This document shows, in pieces, positions 9,501 through 18,139 of a stretch of DNA of 64,000 nt. The notes beneath the pieces were generated by a model. It was not told the DNA's origin. It saw nothing but the letters and a program-made list of their open reading frames with translations, and did no database searches. The DNA comes from an uncultured Candidatus Entotheonella sp. (GTDB lineage: Bacteria; Tectomicrobia; Entotheonellia; Entotheonellales; Entotheonellaceae), in the NCBI GenBank assembly GCA_965217185.1, contig OZ244252.1, positions 4,000,001-4,064,000 on the forward strand. The letters are read 5' to 3'. Position numbers and translations under genes: made by a program. The stretch's first letter is position 1; each line of letters starts with the position of its first letter.

Positions 9501-12500
9501 CAGTATCGAATGGTCGCCGTCGGGGCCCGACGACGACGACTTCGCCATCAGTGAGACGGGCGTGCTCAGCTTCGCCAGCCCCCCGGACTACGAGAGCCCC
9601 AACGACTCGGGCAGTGACAACGTCTACGAGGTGACGGTGGAGGCCCGTGACGACGGCTCCAACTCCGGCACGCTGGAGGTGGTGTTCACCGTGACGGACG
9701 TGGACGAGGGTCCGGAGATATCGGGGCGGCAGAGCCTCAGCTTCCCCGAGAACCGGCCCACGGGGTGGGGCCTGACCACCTACACGGCCACGGACCCCGA
9801 GGACCCGGGCGCCTCGATAACGCGCTGGAGCCTGACGGGCACCGACGCCGGGGACTTCACCATCGACGAGAATGGCCAGCTCTCCTCCAGGAACGTGCCG
9901 GACTACGAGCGTCCCACCGACTCGGACAGGGACAACGTCTACAACCTCTCGGTGCGGGCTTCCGACGGGCGGTACTACAGCTACCTGGAGATCACCGTCA
10001 CCGTGTTTAACGTGAACGAGCCTCCGGTGGTGACGGGCACCGACACGTTCACCTACCGGGAGAACGGCACGGCGACGCTGCACACCTTCCGGGCCACGGA
10101 CCCCGAAGGGAGCGCCATCGTCGCCTGGCGGGTGAGAGGCACGGACTCCGACGACTTCACCATCAGTGAGACGGGCGTGCTCAGCTTCGCCAGCCCCCCG
10201 GACTACGAGAGTCCCACCGACTCCGGCAGGGGGGACAACGTCTACGAGGTGAGGGTGGTGGCCCGTGACGACACCTTCACCGACGGCACGCTGGAGGTGG
10301 TGGTAACCGTGACGGACGTGGACGAGGGACCGGAGATATCGGGGCAGGAGAGCCTCAGCTTTCCCGAGAACCAGGCCACGGAGCTGGTCCTGGACATCTA
10401 CACCGCCACGGACCCCGAGGACCCGAGTGCGGCGATAACGCGCTGGAGCCTGACGGGCACCGACGCCGGGGACTTCACCATAGGCGAGAGCGGCCAGCTG
10501 ACCTTCCGGAACGTGCCGGACCACGAGCGTCCCGCCGACTCGGACAGGGACAACGTCTACAACCTGTCGGTGCGGGCCTCCGACGGGCGATACTACGGCT
10601 ACCTGGAGGTGACCGTCACCGTAGAGGACGTGGACGAGCCGCCGGCGGCGCCGGGCGCGCCGACGGTGTCGGCGACCGCGGGCTCGACGACGAGCCTGGA
10701 CGTGAGCTGGACGGCGCCGGGGAACGCGGGCAAGCCGGCGATCACGAGCTATGACCTGCGCTACCGCGTGGGCAGCAGCGGAAGCTGGACCGACGGCCCG
10801 CAGGACGAGACGGGGACCACCGCGGCGATCAGCGCCCTGACGGCGGGCATCGAGTACCGGGTGCAGGTGCGCGCCAGCAACGACGAGGGCGACGGGGCAT
10901 GGTCGCCGAGCGGCACGGGCAGTACGAGCGTGCCCACGGTCTACGTCAGCTTCGGGCAGGACACGTACACGGTGGCCGAGGGGAGCAGCGTCACGGTCAC
11001 TGTGGAGCTGAGCGCCGACCCCGAGCGCTCCGTCGTGATCTCGATCAGCAGGACCAACCAGGATGGGGCCGACGAGGACGACTACTGGCTGCCCAGGAGC
11101 GTGACGTTCAACAGCGGCGAGACCTCGCAGACGATCACCTTCGGTGCCAGCGTTGACGCCGTGGACGACGACGGCGAGTCGGTCACGCTCGGCTTCGACA
11201 AGCTGCCGCCGGGCGTGAGCGCCGGGACCACCAACGTGGCGACCGTCTCGATCACCGACGTACCCGCGGTCGACGAGGACGCGCCGGCTCCCACGTTGGT
11301 CAGCAACACCTTGCAAATCAGCTTCGACACGAACAATAGTAATAGGGACCGCGCGCAGGCCTTCACCACCGGGCCGAACGCGGGTGGCTACAACCTCGCC
11401 AGCGTCGGATTAGTCTTCGATGATCGACAGGACGACGATGCGGCCGTCTCCCTGTGCCAGGTCGACAATTCTAACTTCCCGACCTCGACCTGTACGGCCC
11501 TGACGGCCCCGGGCAGCGTCGAGTCCAAGCTACGTGTCTTCACCGCCCCCGCCGGCACCATCCTGACACCCAGCACGACCTACGCCATGGTGGTCGAGAG
11601 TCCCGGCGGCGATTTTCTGGCGATGCGGGTGATCTCTGACGACGGCGAGGACCCCGGCGGGGCGGCCGGCTGGACCATCGCCAATAGCTACAGCTTCTAC
11701 AGCGCCTCGGGGGTGTGGATGAACACGAGTAGCGGCGACTCGTTGCGCATCACAATCATGGGCTCCGCCGTCGGTGGCACGCCGCCCGGGCCGACGCTGA
11801 GCGTCGCGGATGCCGAGGGCAACGAGGGCGACGACATGGCCTTCACGGTCACGCTGTCGGAAGCGGCCGCGGCGGACGTGACGGCGACCTGGACCGCGTC
11901 GATCGGGAGCGGCGACACGGCGGAGGCGGAGGATCTCGAGTCGGCGACGGGGACGGTGACGGTCACGGCGAGCCAGACGACGGCGACGGTCACGGTGCCG
12001 ACGGTGGACGACACCACCGACGAGGAGGACGAGACCTTCACGCTGACCCTGTCGAGCCCGTCGAACGCGACGCTGGCGGCGGACCCGACTGCGACGGGCA
12101 CGATCATCGACAACGACCCGGTCGGCATGGGCGGCATCTGCAACCGCACGCCGCGCGTCCGCGACCGCATCATAGCGCTGCTGAAGAACCGGCACAGCTA
12201 CAAGGGCGACTGCTCCGGGGTGAACGAGACGCATCTGGCGAAGCTGCAGTCGCTCGACCTGGGCCGCAACCCGATCACGGAGTCGGTGTTCACGATGAGC
12301 CTGCGGAGCAACGACTTCGAGGGGCTGGTGAACCTCAAGCGGCTTTACATGAGGGAGACCGGGCTTAACTCGCTGCCGGCCGGGGTGTTCTCTGACCTGC
12401 TCAAGCTGGAGACACTGGAACTACACAGGAACCGGCTGAACTCGCTGCCCTACGACGAGTTCGAGGCGCTGCCGAATCTGACGAAGCTGGTGGTGGACCC

Positions 12501-13755
12501 GGAGGGCCGCAGGGGGTACCAGGTGGCGGGCGGCGAGGGCGACGTGACCCTGGAGGTCGCGGCGGGGGGCACGACGACGTATCAGGTGCGCCTGACGCAC
12601 AGGCCGGCCTACGTCGGGACGGCAAACCTGCCGACGTTGACGGTGAGTTCGGACACGGCCGGGGTGACCGCGACCCCGACGACGCTGCGGTTCACCAAGG
12701 AGAACTGGTTCCGGCGCCAGACGGTGACGGTGTCCGCCCCGGCATCGGCGGCCGGCGCGACGGCGACGCTGAGCCACACGTCCACCGGGGTGACGTATGA
12801 CCGGCCGATCCCGACGGTGACGGTGCGGGTGCTGGAGAACGCCCCCGGCCACACGGCCGAGCCGCTGACGGCGGCGTTCGAGGGGGTGCCGGCGGCGCAT
12901 GACGGCGAGGCCGCGCCCGCGGCGCTGACGGCGAGTTTCGTGCAGGTGCCGGCGGAGCATGGCGGGAAGACGGCGTTCAAACTCAGGATCGCGTTCAGCG
13001 AGGACATCTCGATCAACTACCGGACGTTCCGCGACCAGTCGTTATCGGTGTCCGGCGGGAGCGTGACCAGGGCGAAGCGGGTGGACCGGCGCAGGGACCT
13101 GTGGGAGGTGACGGTCAAGCCGAGTCCGCTTGGCGACGTGACGGTGACGCTCGCCGGGGGCCGCGCCTGCGGCACCGCCGGGGCGGTGTGTACCGGCGAC
13201 GGGCGGGCGCTGTCGGCGACGATCTCGACGACGGTGCTGGGTCCGGCGACCGCGCGGCGCCTCACCGGTACCGCAGACGACGACACGCTGAGCGGGCAAG
13301 CGGGTGATGACACGCTGTACGGCGGCGCCGGTCGCGACGAACTCTACGGCGACGGCGGCCACGACGTGCTCTACGGCGGCGACGACGACGACACGCTCTA
13401 CGGCGGCGACGGCCACGACGAGCTCTACGGCGACGACAACGACAGCGGCGCGGCGTCGGGTGACGACCTGCTGGACGGCGGCAGCGGCGCGGACAGCCTG
13501 ACGGGCGGTACGGGCGCCGATACGTTCGTGTTCGCCGCCGGTGACGGCACCGACACGATCACCGACTTCTTCCCCGAGGAGGGCGACCGCATCGACCTGA
13601 GCGCCTTCGCGGGCCTCACCGGCTTCGCGTCGCTGAGGCTGACGGCGGACGGCGACGCCATGATCCTGGACCTGCGCGCCCACGGCGGCGGCACGGTGCG
13701 GCTGGAGGGCATCGCGGTGGCGGACCTGTTGGCGGCGGACTTTCTGTGGCCGTAG
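6574..13755 (+). CDS. Giant repetitive adhesin: signal peptide, FN3, 11 cadherin-like repeats, FN3, Calx-beta, LRR, RTX Ca-binding nonapeptides
   Basis: AGGAG RBS then GTG at 6574; signal [21 protein letters not shown]; repeats with DPE/PDYE/DVNEPP; LRR LxxLxLxxNxL; GGxGxDxLxG repeats and DTFVF...DTITDF C-terminus. Confidence 0.9.
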   Translation: MKNLASIALAIAVLCVANYAGAHDTSGHNARTSHAASIRHSWHDHDKDSDTIWFNFAFEVIDPVGSDDGLRDDDDRTFDRWRDRDPDVAEDVVDESAILEDSPIYNEDEDDAGRVRQTWYMPHIHWNHEHPAPAAPGAPTVSATAGSTTSLDVSWTAPGNTGKPAITSYDLRYRVGSSGSWTDGPQDETGTTAAISALTAGTEYQVQVRASNDEGDSGWSAAGTGSTSGPANNAPVFSDATLTRSVAENTGANQNVGAGIPAAMDADGDSLTYTMEGADAASFTFDASARRIKTKTGVSYDHEAKSSYAVTIRVSDGAASGTVAVTIDVTDVNEPPEISGQESLSFTENQATELVLTTYTATDPEDPNASITRWSLTGTDAGDFTIDESGQLTFRNVPDYERPADSGRDNIYTFSVRASDGRYYGYLEVTVTVEDVNEPPAVTGTDTFTYRENGTATLHTFRVTDPEGSSIEWSLSGPDDDDFAISETGVLSFASPPNYESPTDSGSDNVYEVTVEARDDGSNSGTLEVVVTVTDVDEGPEISGRQSLSFTENQATDRVLATYTATDPEDPSASITRWSLTGTDAGDFAISETGVLSFASPPNHENPNDSGRDNVYNLSVRASDGRYYGYLEVTVTVTDEDELPVVTGTITFTYRENGTAALHTFRATDPEGSSIEWSLSGPDGDDFAISETGVLSFASPPNYESPNDSGRDNVYNLSVRASDGRYYGYLEVTVTVEDVNEPPAVTGTSTFTYRENGTAALHTFRATDPEGSSIEWSLSGPDAGDFTISETGVLSFASPPNYESPTDSGSDNVYAVTVVARDDASNSGTLDVVVTVTDQNEGPEISGQQSLSFTENQATDRVLATYTATDPEDPSASITRWSLTGTDAGDFTIDESGQLTFRNVPDHERPADSGRDNVYNLSVRASDGRYYGYLEVTVTVEDVNEPPAVTGTSTFTYRENGTAALHTFRATDPEGSSIEWSPSGPDDDDFAISETGVLSFASPPDYESPNDSGSDNVYEVTVEARDDGSNSGTLEVVFTVTDVDEGPEISGRQSLSFPENRPTGWGLTTYTATDPEDPGASITRWSLTGTDAGDFTIDENGQLSSRNVPDYERPTDSDRDNVYNLSVRASDGRYYSYLEITVTVFNVNEPPVVTGTDTFTYRENGTATLHTFRATDPEGSAIVAWRVRGTDSDDFTISETGVLSFASPPDYESPTDSGRGDNVYEVRVVARDDTFTDGTLEVVVTVTDVDEGPEISGQESLSFPENQATELVLDIYTATDPEDPSAAITRWSLTGTDAGDFTIGESGQLTFRNVPDHERPADSDRDNVYNLSVRASDGRYYGYLEVTVTVEDVDEPPAAPGAPTVSATAGSTTSLDVSWTAPGNAGKPAITSYDLRYRVGSSGSWTDGPQDETGTTAAISALTAGIEYRVQVRASNDEGDGAWSPSGTGSTSVPTVYVSFGQDTYTVAEGSSVTVTVELSADPERSVVISISRTNQDGADEDDYWLPRSVTFNSGETSQTITFGASVDAVDDDGESVTLGFDKLPPGVSAGTTNVATVSITDVPAVDEDAPAPTLVSNTLQISFDTNNSNRDRAQAFTTGPNAGGYNLASVGLVFDDRQDDDAAVSLCQVDNSNFPTSTCTALTAPGSVESKLRVFTAPAGTILTPSTTYAMVVESPGGDFLAMRVISDDGEDPGGAAGWTIANSYSFYSASGVWMNTSSGDSLRITIMGSAVGGTPPGPTLSVADAEGNEGDDMAFTVTLSEAAAADVTATWTASIGSGDTAEAEDLESATGTVTVTASQTTATVTVPTVDDTTDEEDETFTLTLSSPSNATLAADPTATGTIIDNDPVGMGGICNRTPRVRDRIIALLKNRHSYKGDCSGVNETHLAKLQSLDLGRNPITESVFTMSLRSNDFEGLVNLKRLYMRETGLNSLPAGVFSDLLKLETLELHRNRLNSLPYDEFEALPNLTKLVVDPEGRRGYQVAGGEGDVTLEVAAGGTTTYQVRLTHRPAYVGTANLPTLTVSSDTAGVTATPTTLRFTKENWFRRQTVTVSAPASAAGATATLSHTSTGVTYDRPIPTVTVRVLENAPGHTAEPLTAAFEGVPAAHDGEAAPAALTASFVQVPAEHGGKTAFKLRIAFSEDISINYRTFRDQSLSVSGGSVTRAKRVDRRRDLWEVTVKPSPLGDVTVTLAGGRACGTAGAVCTGDGRALSATISTTVLGPATARRLTGTADDDTLSGQAGDDTLYGGAGRDELYGDGGHDVLYGGDDDDTLYGGDGHDELYGDDNDSGAASGDDLLDGGSGADSLTGGTGADTFVFAAGDGTDTITDFFPEEGDRIDLSAFAGLTGFASLRLTADGDAMILDLRAHGGGTVRLEGIAVADLLAADFLWP
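6969..10893 (+). repeat. Intragenic repeats: two near-identical 253-bp FN3 copies (6969-7221, 10641-10893) flanking ten ~305-bp cadherin-like units (~7580-10640)
   Basis: Direct DNA repeats visible in the sequence. Confidence 0.95.
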
Positions 13756-13778
13756 AGCGTTGCTCCGGTGCCGCCGGA

Positions 13779-13982
13779 TGCCTGCCCCCGTTCAAGCCGG
13801 GGGCAGGCCGTGCGCCGGAGTGACGAATTGGGCGTTGGACGGTCCGGCGCGTTTCCGTATCGGATGGCACCGGGAAGCCGTTGGCCGGCTCATGTGCCCC
13901 CCTCACCCCTGCCCCCGGATCAAAGCCTGCCCCGGACTTGATACGGGGCCCGGGGTGCCGTTCTTTCGCCGGAGTGACGAAT
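13779..13982. repeat. Composite REP cluster (GTCACTCCGGC / CCTGCCCCGG types) at the adhesin 3' end
   Basis: gccggagtgacgaat occurs twice; GC-rich hairpins; related element near 27172-27225. Confidence 0.55.
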
Positions 13983-14060
13983 CGGCCACGCATCATTTCA
14001 AAGATTTCGGTCTGCCAGGAAACCATGAAAAGGGAATTATATACGCTGGTAACTTTGCTG

Positions 14061-14090
14061 TTGACTCCGCTTGGAAGCGGGGAGTAAAGT
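14061..14090 (+). promoter_or_regulatory. sigma70-like promoter TTGACT-N18-TAAAGT with a palindrome in the spacer
   Basis: ttgact ccgcttggaagcggggag taaagt just inside the left TIR. Confidence 0.5.
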
Positions 14091-14148
14091 TGAATGTCCG
14101 TGCTTGAGGGTTGGCATCCTGATTGCAACTAGCGCGGACGGGAGAATA

Positions 14149-14241
14149 AGGGCGGAGCGGGAGTCGAACCCGCTACTGGTGCCGTGAACACCAGTGCCAA
14201 GGGTTGCAAGCCCTGCACCGTGGCCGTCTGGTTCTCCGCCC
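14149..14241 (-). tRNA. Atypical tRNA-like cloverleaf: anticodon TGC, long variable arm, no encoded CCA (allo-tRNA-like or pseudo-tRNA)
   Basis: Minus strand: acceptor GGGCGGA(G)/(C)TCCGCCC, D stem ACC/GGT, AGGG-CTTGCAA-CCCT, V arm ACTGGTGTT-CAC-GGCACCAGT, T arm GCGGG-TTCGACT-CCCGC. Confidence 0.6.
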
Positions 14242-14259
14242 CCTAGGGAGCATTGGTTT

Positions 14260-14294
14260 AGGCCCGTCATGTCTTTATGAATGACGGGCCTTTT
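14260..14294 (+). terminator. Intrinsic terminator-like hairpin overlapping the start of the transposase ORF
   Basis: aggcccgtcat-N10-atgacgggcct followed by a short T run. Confidence 0.6.
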
Positions 14295-14997
14295 GCATTT
14301 CTGGCAATCATTTATCGGCTATCAAGGCTGGTTGATTGCCCTGTACTCCCTGACGACGAATCTGAAAGGCACCAGCAGCATGAAGCTGCACCGCGACCTC
14401 GGCATTACGCAGAAGTCAGCCTGGTTTCTGGCGCACCGTATCCGGGAAGCATGGGTTGACGATCAAACCCCGTTTAACGGCCCTGTCGAAGTGGACGAAA
14501 CCTTTGTCGGCGGTAAGGAAGCTAACAAACACGCCAACAAGAAGTTGAAGGCTGGCCGAGGGACGGTTGGCAAGACGGCTGTTGTGGGTGCGCGGGACAG
14601 AGAAACGGGCAAGGTGAGCGCGGCAGTGATAAGCGATACGAAGTCAGCAACGCTGCAAGGCTTTGTTGCCGACAACGCTGCGCCGGATGCTGATGTGTAT
14701 CACGATGATGCTACGGCTTACCGTGATCTGCCTTTCAGCCATGCCGCTGTGAAACACAGCATCAACCAGTACGTTGACGGCAAGGTGCATACCAATGGGA
14801 TTGAGTCGTTTTGGGCGATGCTGAAACGCGGCCACAAGGGAACGTACCACAAGATGAGCAACAAGCATCTTGGTAGGTACGTTGATGAATTTGTGGGCAG
14901 ACACAACAAGCGCCCATCCGATACGATTGACCAGATGGGCGCTTTGGTGAGCGGTATGGAAGGCAAGCGGCTCAGGTATCAAGACCTGATCGCTTAA
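14281..14997 (+). CDS. IS1595-family (ISXO2-like) DDE transposase, N-terminally truncated (no Zn ribbon)
   Basis: SSMKLHRDLGITQKSAW HTH, VEVDETFVGG, HTNGIESFW, YHKMS.KHL.RYVDEF..RHN; no CxxC pairs upstream. Confidence 0.88.
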   Translation: MTGLLHFWQSFIGYQGWLIALYSLTTNLKGTSSMKLHRDLGITQKSAWFLAHRIREAWVDDQTPFNGPVEVDETFVGGKEANKHANKKLKAGRGTVGKTAVVGARDRETGKVSAAVISDTKSATLQGFVADNAAPDADVYHDDATAYRDLPFSHAAVKHSINQYVDGKVHTNGIESFWAMLKRGHKGTYHKMSNKHLGRYVDEFVGRHNKRPSDTIDQMGALVSGMEGKRLRYQDLIA

Positions 14998-15218
14998 AAG
15001 CCTGCGAGAAAGGACTCAATCTCTTCAGGGGAGCAACCGGATTTTGCTAGGCACTCCCTCGCATACTCTGGGTCTATAGCCCCCCTGCGCGGCACAATCA
15101 CCATGGGATCTCGGTGACCCCTTCCTCTTCTCCGATACAGCAGGTTGCTCCTATGGGTTCTTTGGTGGGTGTAACCAAGTTCACGTATTTTGTCCAGAAA
15201 TCGCCTTCGCTCAATCAT
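14994..15218 (-). CDS. HicA-like small basic protein (putative toxin)
   Basis: RRFLDKIRELGYTHQR...VIVPR...I.P......LAKSG matches the HicA layout; coupled to the upstream HicB-like gene; the GSH motif is replaced by RSN. Confidence 0.5.
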   Translation of the reverse strand: MIERRRFLDKIRELGYTHQRTHRSNLLYRRRGRGHRDPMVIVPRRGAIDPEYARECLAKSGCSPEEIESFLAGF

Positions 15219-15514
15219 TAAGCTCCAACCAGTTCCGGGACAAATGGCAAATCGAACTCGGTCTCGGTGCCGATGTCTAATGGCCTATCCACGATCCATC
15301 CTTGCTCATCAAGGAATTGCTCAAAATCCCCTGTATCTACGAGGTCTTGAAGTGCCATTTCAAGACCATCATGGATGGCATCCATCATCTCAGCCCATGT
15401 GCCTGCCTGCAAGGTCATCAGTGGGGCATCACAAGCACCAATCCATACGCCATTGTCGGATTGCCATACCTTGCAATGTAGACTGCCTTTTATGCGAACC
15501 ACCTCGCTGCTCAT
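15218..15514 (-). CDS. HicB-like acidic protein (putative antitoxin)
   Basis: DNGVWIGACDAPLMTLQAGTWAEMMDAIHDGLEMAL resembles the HicB N-terminal fold; start overlaps the upstream stop (ATGA). Confidence 0.55.
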   Translation of the reverse strand: MSSEVVRIKGSLHCKVWQSDNGVWIGACDAPLMTLQAGTWAEMMDAIHDGLEMALQDLVDTGDFEQFLDEQGWIVDRPLDIGTETEFDLPFVPELVGA

Positions 15515-15708
15515 ACGCTGCCCTCCTCGTCGGCAGCATGATGCCAGATTTGATTTCTGGCCTGCATGAACTTCCACTCACTGCCCTTGCGCGGTGGCGT
15601 TCTGAATATCGCCTTAGCGACATTCTCTGGCGTGTCGTTGATTGGCTCGGGCATCACAAGCGGTGGTCGCCCCGCTTTGCGAGCCTCCTGCTTTGCCGCG
15701 CTAGACAT
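15511..15708 (-). CDS. Small Pro-rich hypothetical passenger protein of the IS
   Basis: GGAG RBS; GRPPLVMPEPINDTPENVAKAIF; translationally coupled to the hicB-like gene. Confidence 0.55.
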   Translation of the reverse strand: MSSAAKQEARKAGRPPLVMPEPINDTPENVAKAIFRTPPRKGSEWKFMQARNQIWHHAADEEGSV

Positions 15709-15981
15709 AACATGATCTCCCCTGTGGTTGGCATTAGCAGTGCAGGTGCGCAAATGTGCACTGTACTGCCTGAATGGCTAAGGGTATATACGACGCTTTA
15801 CGATGTAAACCGAAATCCGCATGTAGAAACGCCGACCTAGTAGGTGAGAATTTCGACCGCGGAAAGCCGATCCTGCTAAGTCATTTTGTTACCAGCGTAT
15901 ATAATTCTCCATGAAAATCTCGGTTTGAGAGGGTGAGGGGTGAGAGAAGGAGAAAGCATGGCGGACGGTGCCAAGGACCCT

Positions 15982-17130
15982 TCAGCGACCAAGCCACGAC
16001 AACTCCGAAAGCGACAGCACCAGCCGCACCAGTTCCGCCTGACGCGAGATGCCATGCTTGTCGTAGACCTGCTTCAGAAACCAGTACACGGTGTTTGCCT
16101 GGCGGCGCGTCGCCACCGCTATGTCGCGCACCGTCTTGCCCTCGGCCAACAGGGTCGCCACCTGGCTCTCGGAAGGCGTCAGCCCCAGGGCCGCCGCCAC
16201 CAGGTTCGAGTCGATTCTCGGCCGGCTTCCCGGGTCGACCGCCAGCACCAGCGCCGCGACGGGCCTAAGGCCAAAGTCCATCTGGCGCGCGGGCACCGGA
16301 CTCAGGTGTACCGCCAGACGCGGCAGACCGGCTGGGCGCCTGACCGTCATTGAACCGCTGGCGGCTTGGCCACTAAACGTCGGCAGCGCCTGCCCCAGCA
16401 GCGTCTCCAGACGGGCGTTGTCTGACTGCAACCGGGCGTGCAGAAAGCCGTCCTCGTCGAACAACCCGTCGCCCTGACGCAGCGTGTCACGGGCCCGGTC
16501 GTTCGCCTCAATGATCCGACCGCGCCAATCCAGGTGAATGACGCCGACCCGGGTGTTGTCGAGCAACTCGCTGAGAGAGCCGCCCAGGGCCTCGGCGCCG
16601 GCCACCGCCCGACGGATTTGCACGAACTGCCGGATATGAGGCAACAGACGATGGATCATCTCGAGCTGGGCGGCGTGCCAGCCGCCTGCTTCAACGGGGT
16701 CGGCAAGGGCCCAGACGATACGCGAGTCGTTCGGCCCGTCCAGGCGCACGTTCAGGCCGTTCTGGGCGCCGGAGTGGCGCATCCACTCGTTGTACGTCGC
16801 TGAGGTCTTCAACTCCTCGTCGGTGTAGAGCTCGGTGACGTGCGCCACGCGGCTGTCGGGCAACTGTCTCAGGCGCGGCAGCCGCTCATCGCAGGGGTGG
16901 TAGACCTCGAAGTAGGTGCGTTCCAGATCTTGGCGGCGCTCGCCTCGGCAGTAGAATCTGGCGGACAAAATCCGCACGTCGCTGCCAAAGCCTTCAGCGA
17001 CGATCAGTTTATTGCCCGTCATGCCACAGGCCGCGTCGATCAGGGCGGAGGTGGCGGGCCAGTGGGCATCGTCGAGCATGGCTTCGTGCAACAACGTAAG
17101 GATGCGGTCGAACGTGTCGTATTGGCTCAT
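15982..17130 (-). CDS. LuxR/GerE-type HTH transcriptional regulator with GAF/PAS-like N-terminal region
   Basis: C-terminal GLTPSESQVATLLAEGKTVRDIA...VYDKHGISRQAELVRL; PAS-like GVIHLDWRGRIIEANDRAR. Confidence 0.88.
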   Translation of the reverse strand: MSQYDTFDRILTLLHEAMLDDAHWPATSALIDAACGMTGNKLIVAEGFGSDVRILSARFYCRGERRQDLERTYFEVYHPCDERLPRLRQLPDSRVAHVTELYTDEELKTSATYNEWMRHSGAQNGLNVRLDGPNDSRIVWALADPVEAGGWHAAQLEMIHRLLPHIRQFVQIRRAVAGAEALGGSLSELLDNTRVGVIHLDWRGRIIEANDRARDTLRQGDGLFDEDGFLHARLQSDNARLETLLGQALPTFSGQAASGSMTVRRPAGLPRLAVHLSPVPARQMDFGLRPVAALVLAVDPGSRPRIDSNLVAAALGLTPSESQVATLLAEGKTVRDIAVATRRQANTVYWFLKQVYDKHGISRQAELVRLVLSLSELSWLGR

Positions 17131-17217
17131 GCGGTCTTGTTTCCCTCCGGATTTCCCTGTTTTCTGCCGCTATTTCCGGCCCGGCAGTCGTGGCAGCCTG
17201 CCCCTTGAGCGGCGGGC

Positions 17218-17262
17218 GAAAAAGAAATGCCCTGGCGAGTCTCCGCGCCTGCCAGGGCATTC
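17218..17262 (-). terminator. Intrinsic terminator
   Basis: aatgccctggc/gccagggcatt 11-bp stem with a T-rich tail on the minus strand. Confidence 0.75.
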
Positions 17263-17700
17263 GTGCATGGAGGGAGGCCGTCTGTGGATTGTCGGCATGG
17301 CGCCGGGTCTCAAAGGACCGGCTGTTGTTGGCAAACCCCAATCCATCCAGTCCCGGCAAGATGTGTACAGATACAGACCTCCGTGAGGGTTGTCGGTGAA
17401 GCGTCCGACATCGCGGACGCAGGCGATTGTAATGCGTGCTTCCCAGCCGAATGCGCACCCCCGGCTCTGGGGAACCCCCGCCCAATGTAACCCGCAGCCG
17501 CAACCGTTTCTTCGCGTCCCATGGATGCGCCACGTACGCGCTGCCGGTCGCTCCGGAAATGTTCTTCTCCGTGCCGTCGGTCGGGTTCGACGTGTGTCTT
17601 GAAGAACGCTTACGCCCAAATTGCGCGGGCGCCGTCTTGGGCCGACGGCCGCGGTAGCGTGCCTTGGCGACCATTCCACGGGTCGTCTCTAAAGTCTGGG

Positions 17701-17975
17701 GCATAAACTGTGCCAAATCCTTGACGGTTGGATAAGCCGTTTACGAAAAAAAGGTTAGGGGTTATCGCGTGGACAGGAGACGACTGCAGGGTGAGGCATA
17801 ATGAAACAATTGAAAGACGCCGGTGGAGAAGAGAGAGGCTGCTAACTGTTTGTTATTTCGTTGCTTGACATATGATATTCGGAAAAACTGGGGATGTGTG
17901 CCGATTTGCAACACTGCCGTATTTTGCAACAGGTATGGGTCGAGCAGAAAGGTCGTTGCCCGGATGAATGCGGGA
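17701..17975 (-). promoter_or_regulatory. sigma54 promoter/enhancer cassette, copy 2
   Basis: TTGGCACAGTTTATGC at 17701-17716; IHF-like taactgtttgttat; TGCAAC boxes at ~17907-17931; homologous to copy 1. Confidence 0.85.
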
Positions 17976-18139
17976 GCATACCGGGGCGGGCCGGCGAGCG
18001 ACCTGGGGGTCTTGCTGTCCAAGCAGCTGCAAAGCATGGCGGTAGAACAGGTGTGCCAATGCGATAAGGGGCTGTCCTGCCCTAGATCCGTGCAGGACAG
18101 CCACCTTGAACGCACATTTTCTTATGGTTGAGATTTATA

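Larger units (their letters stand above)
14032..15909 (+). mobile_element. IS1595-family element with passenger genes, probably non-autonomous
   Basis: 22-bp TIRs gggaattatatacgctggtaac (14032-14053) and gttaccagcgtatataattctc (15888-15909); 8-bp TSD catgaaaa (14024-14031, 15910-15917); ISXO2-like DDE ORF. Confidence 0.93.

Noticed and set aside
7580..10640. Regular repeats as a CRISPR array or DGR template
   Set aside because: Units are ~305-bp in-frame protein domains with no spacers; no cas or reverse transcriptase gene in the window
8500..11316. Long antisense or alternative-frame ORFs (also 186-1448, 1373-2998, 27663-30071, 36291-38048, 46010-47836, 62417-63991)
   Set aside because: Shadows of GC-rich coding genes, with no motifs and biased composition
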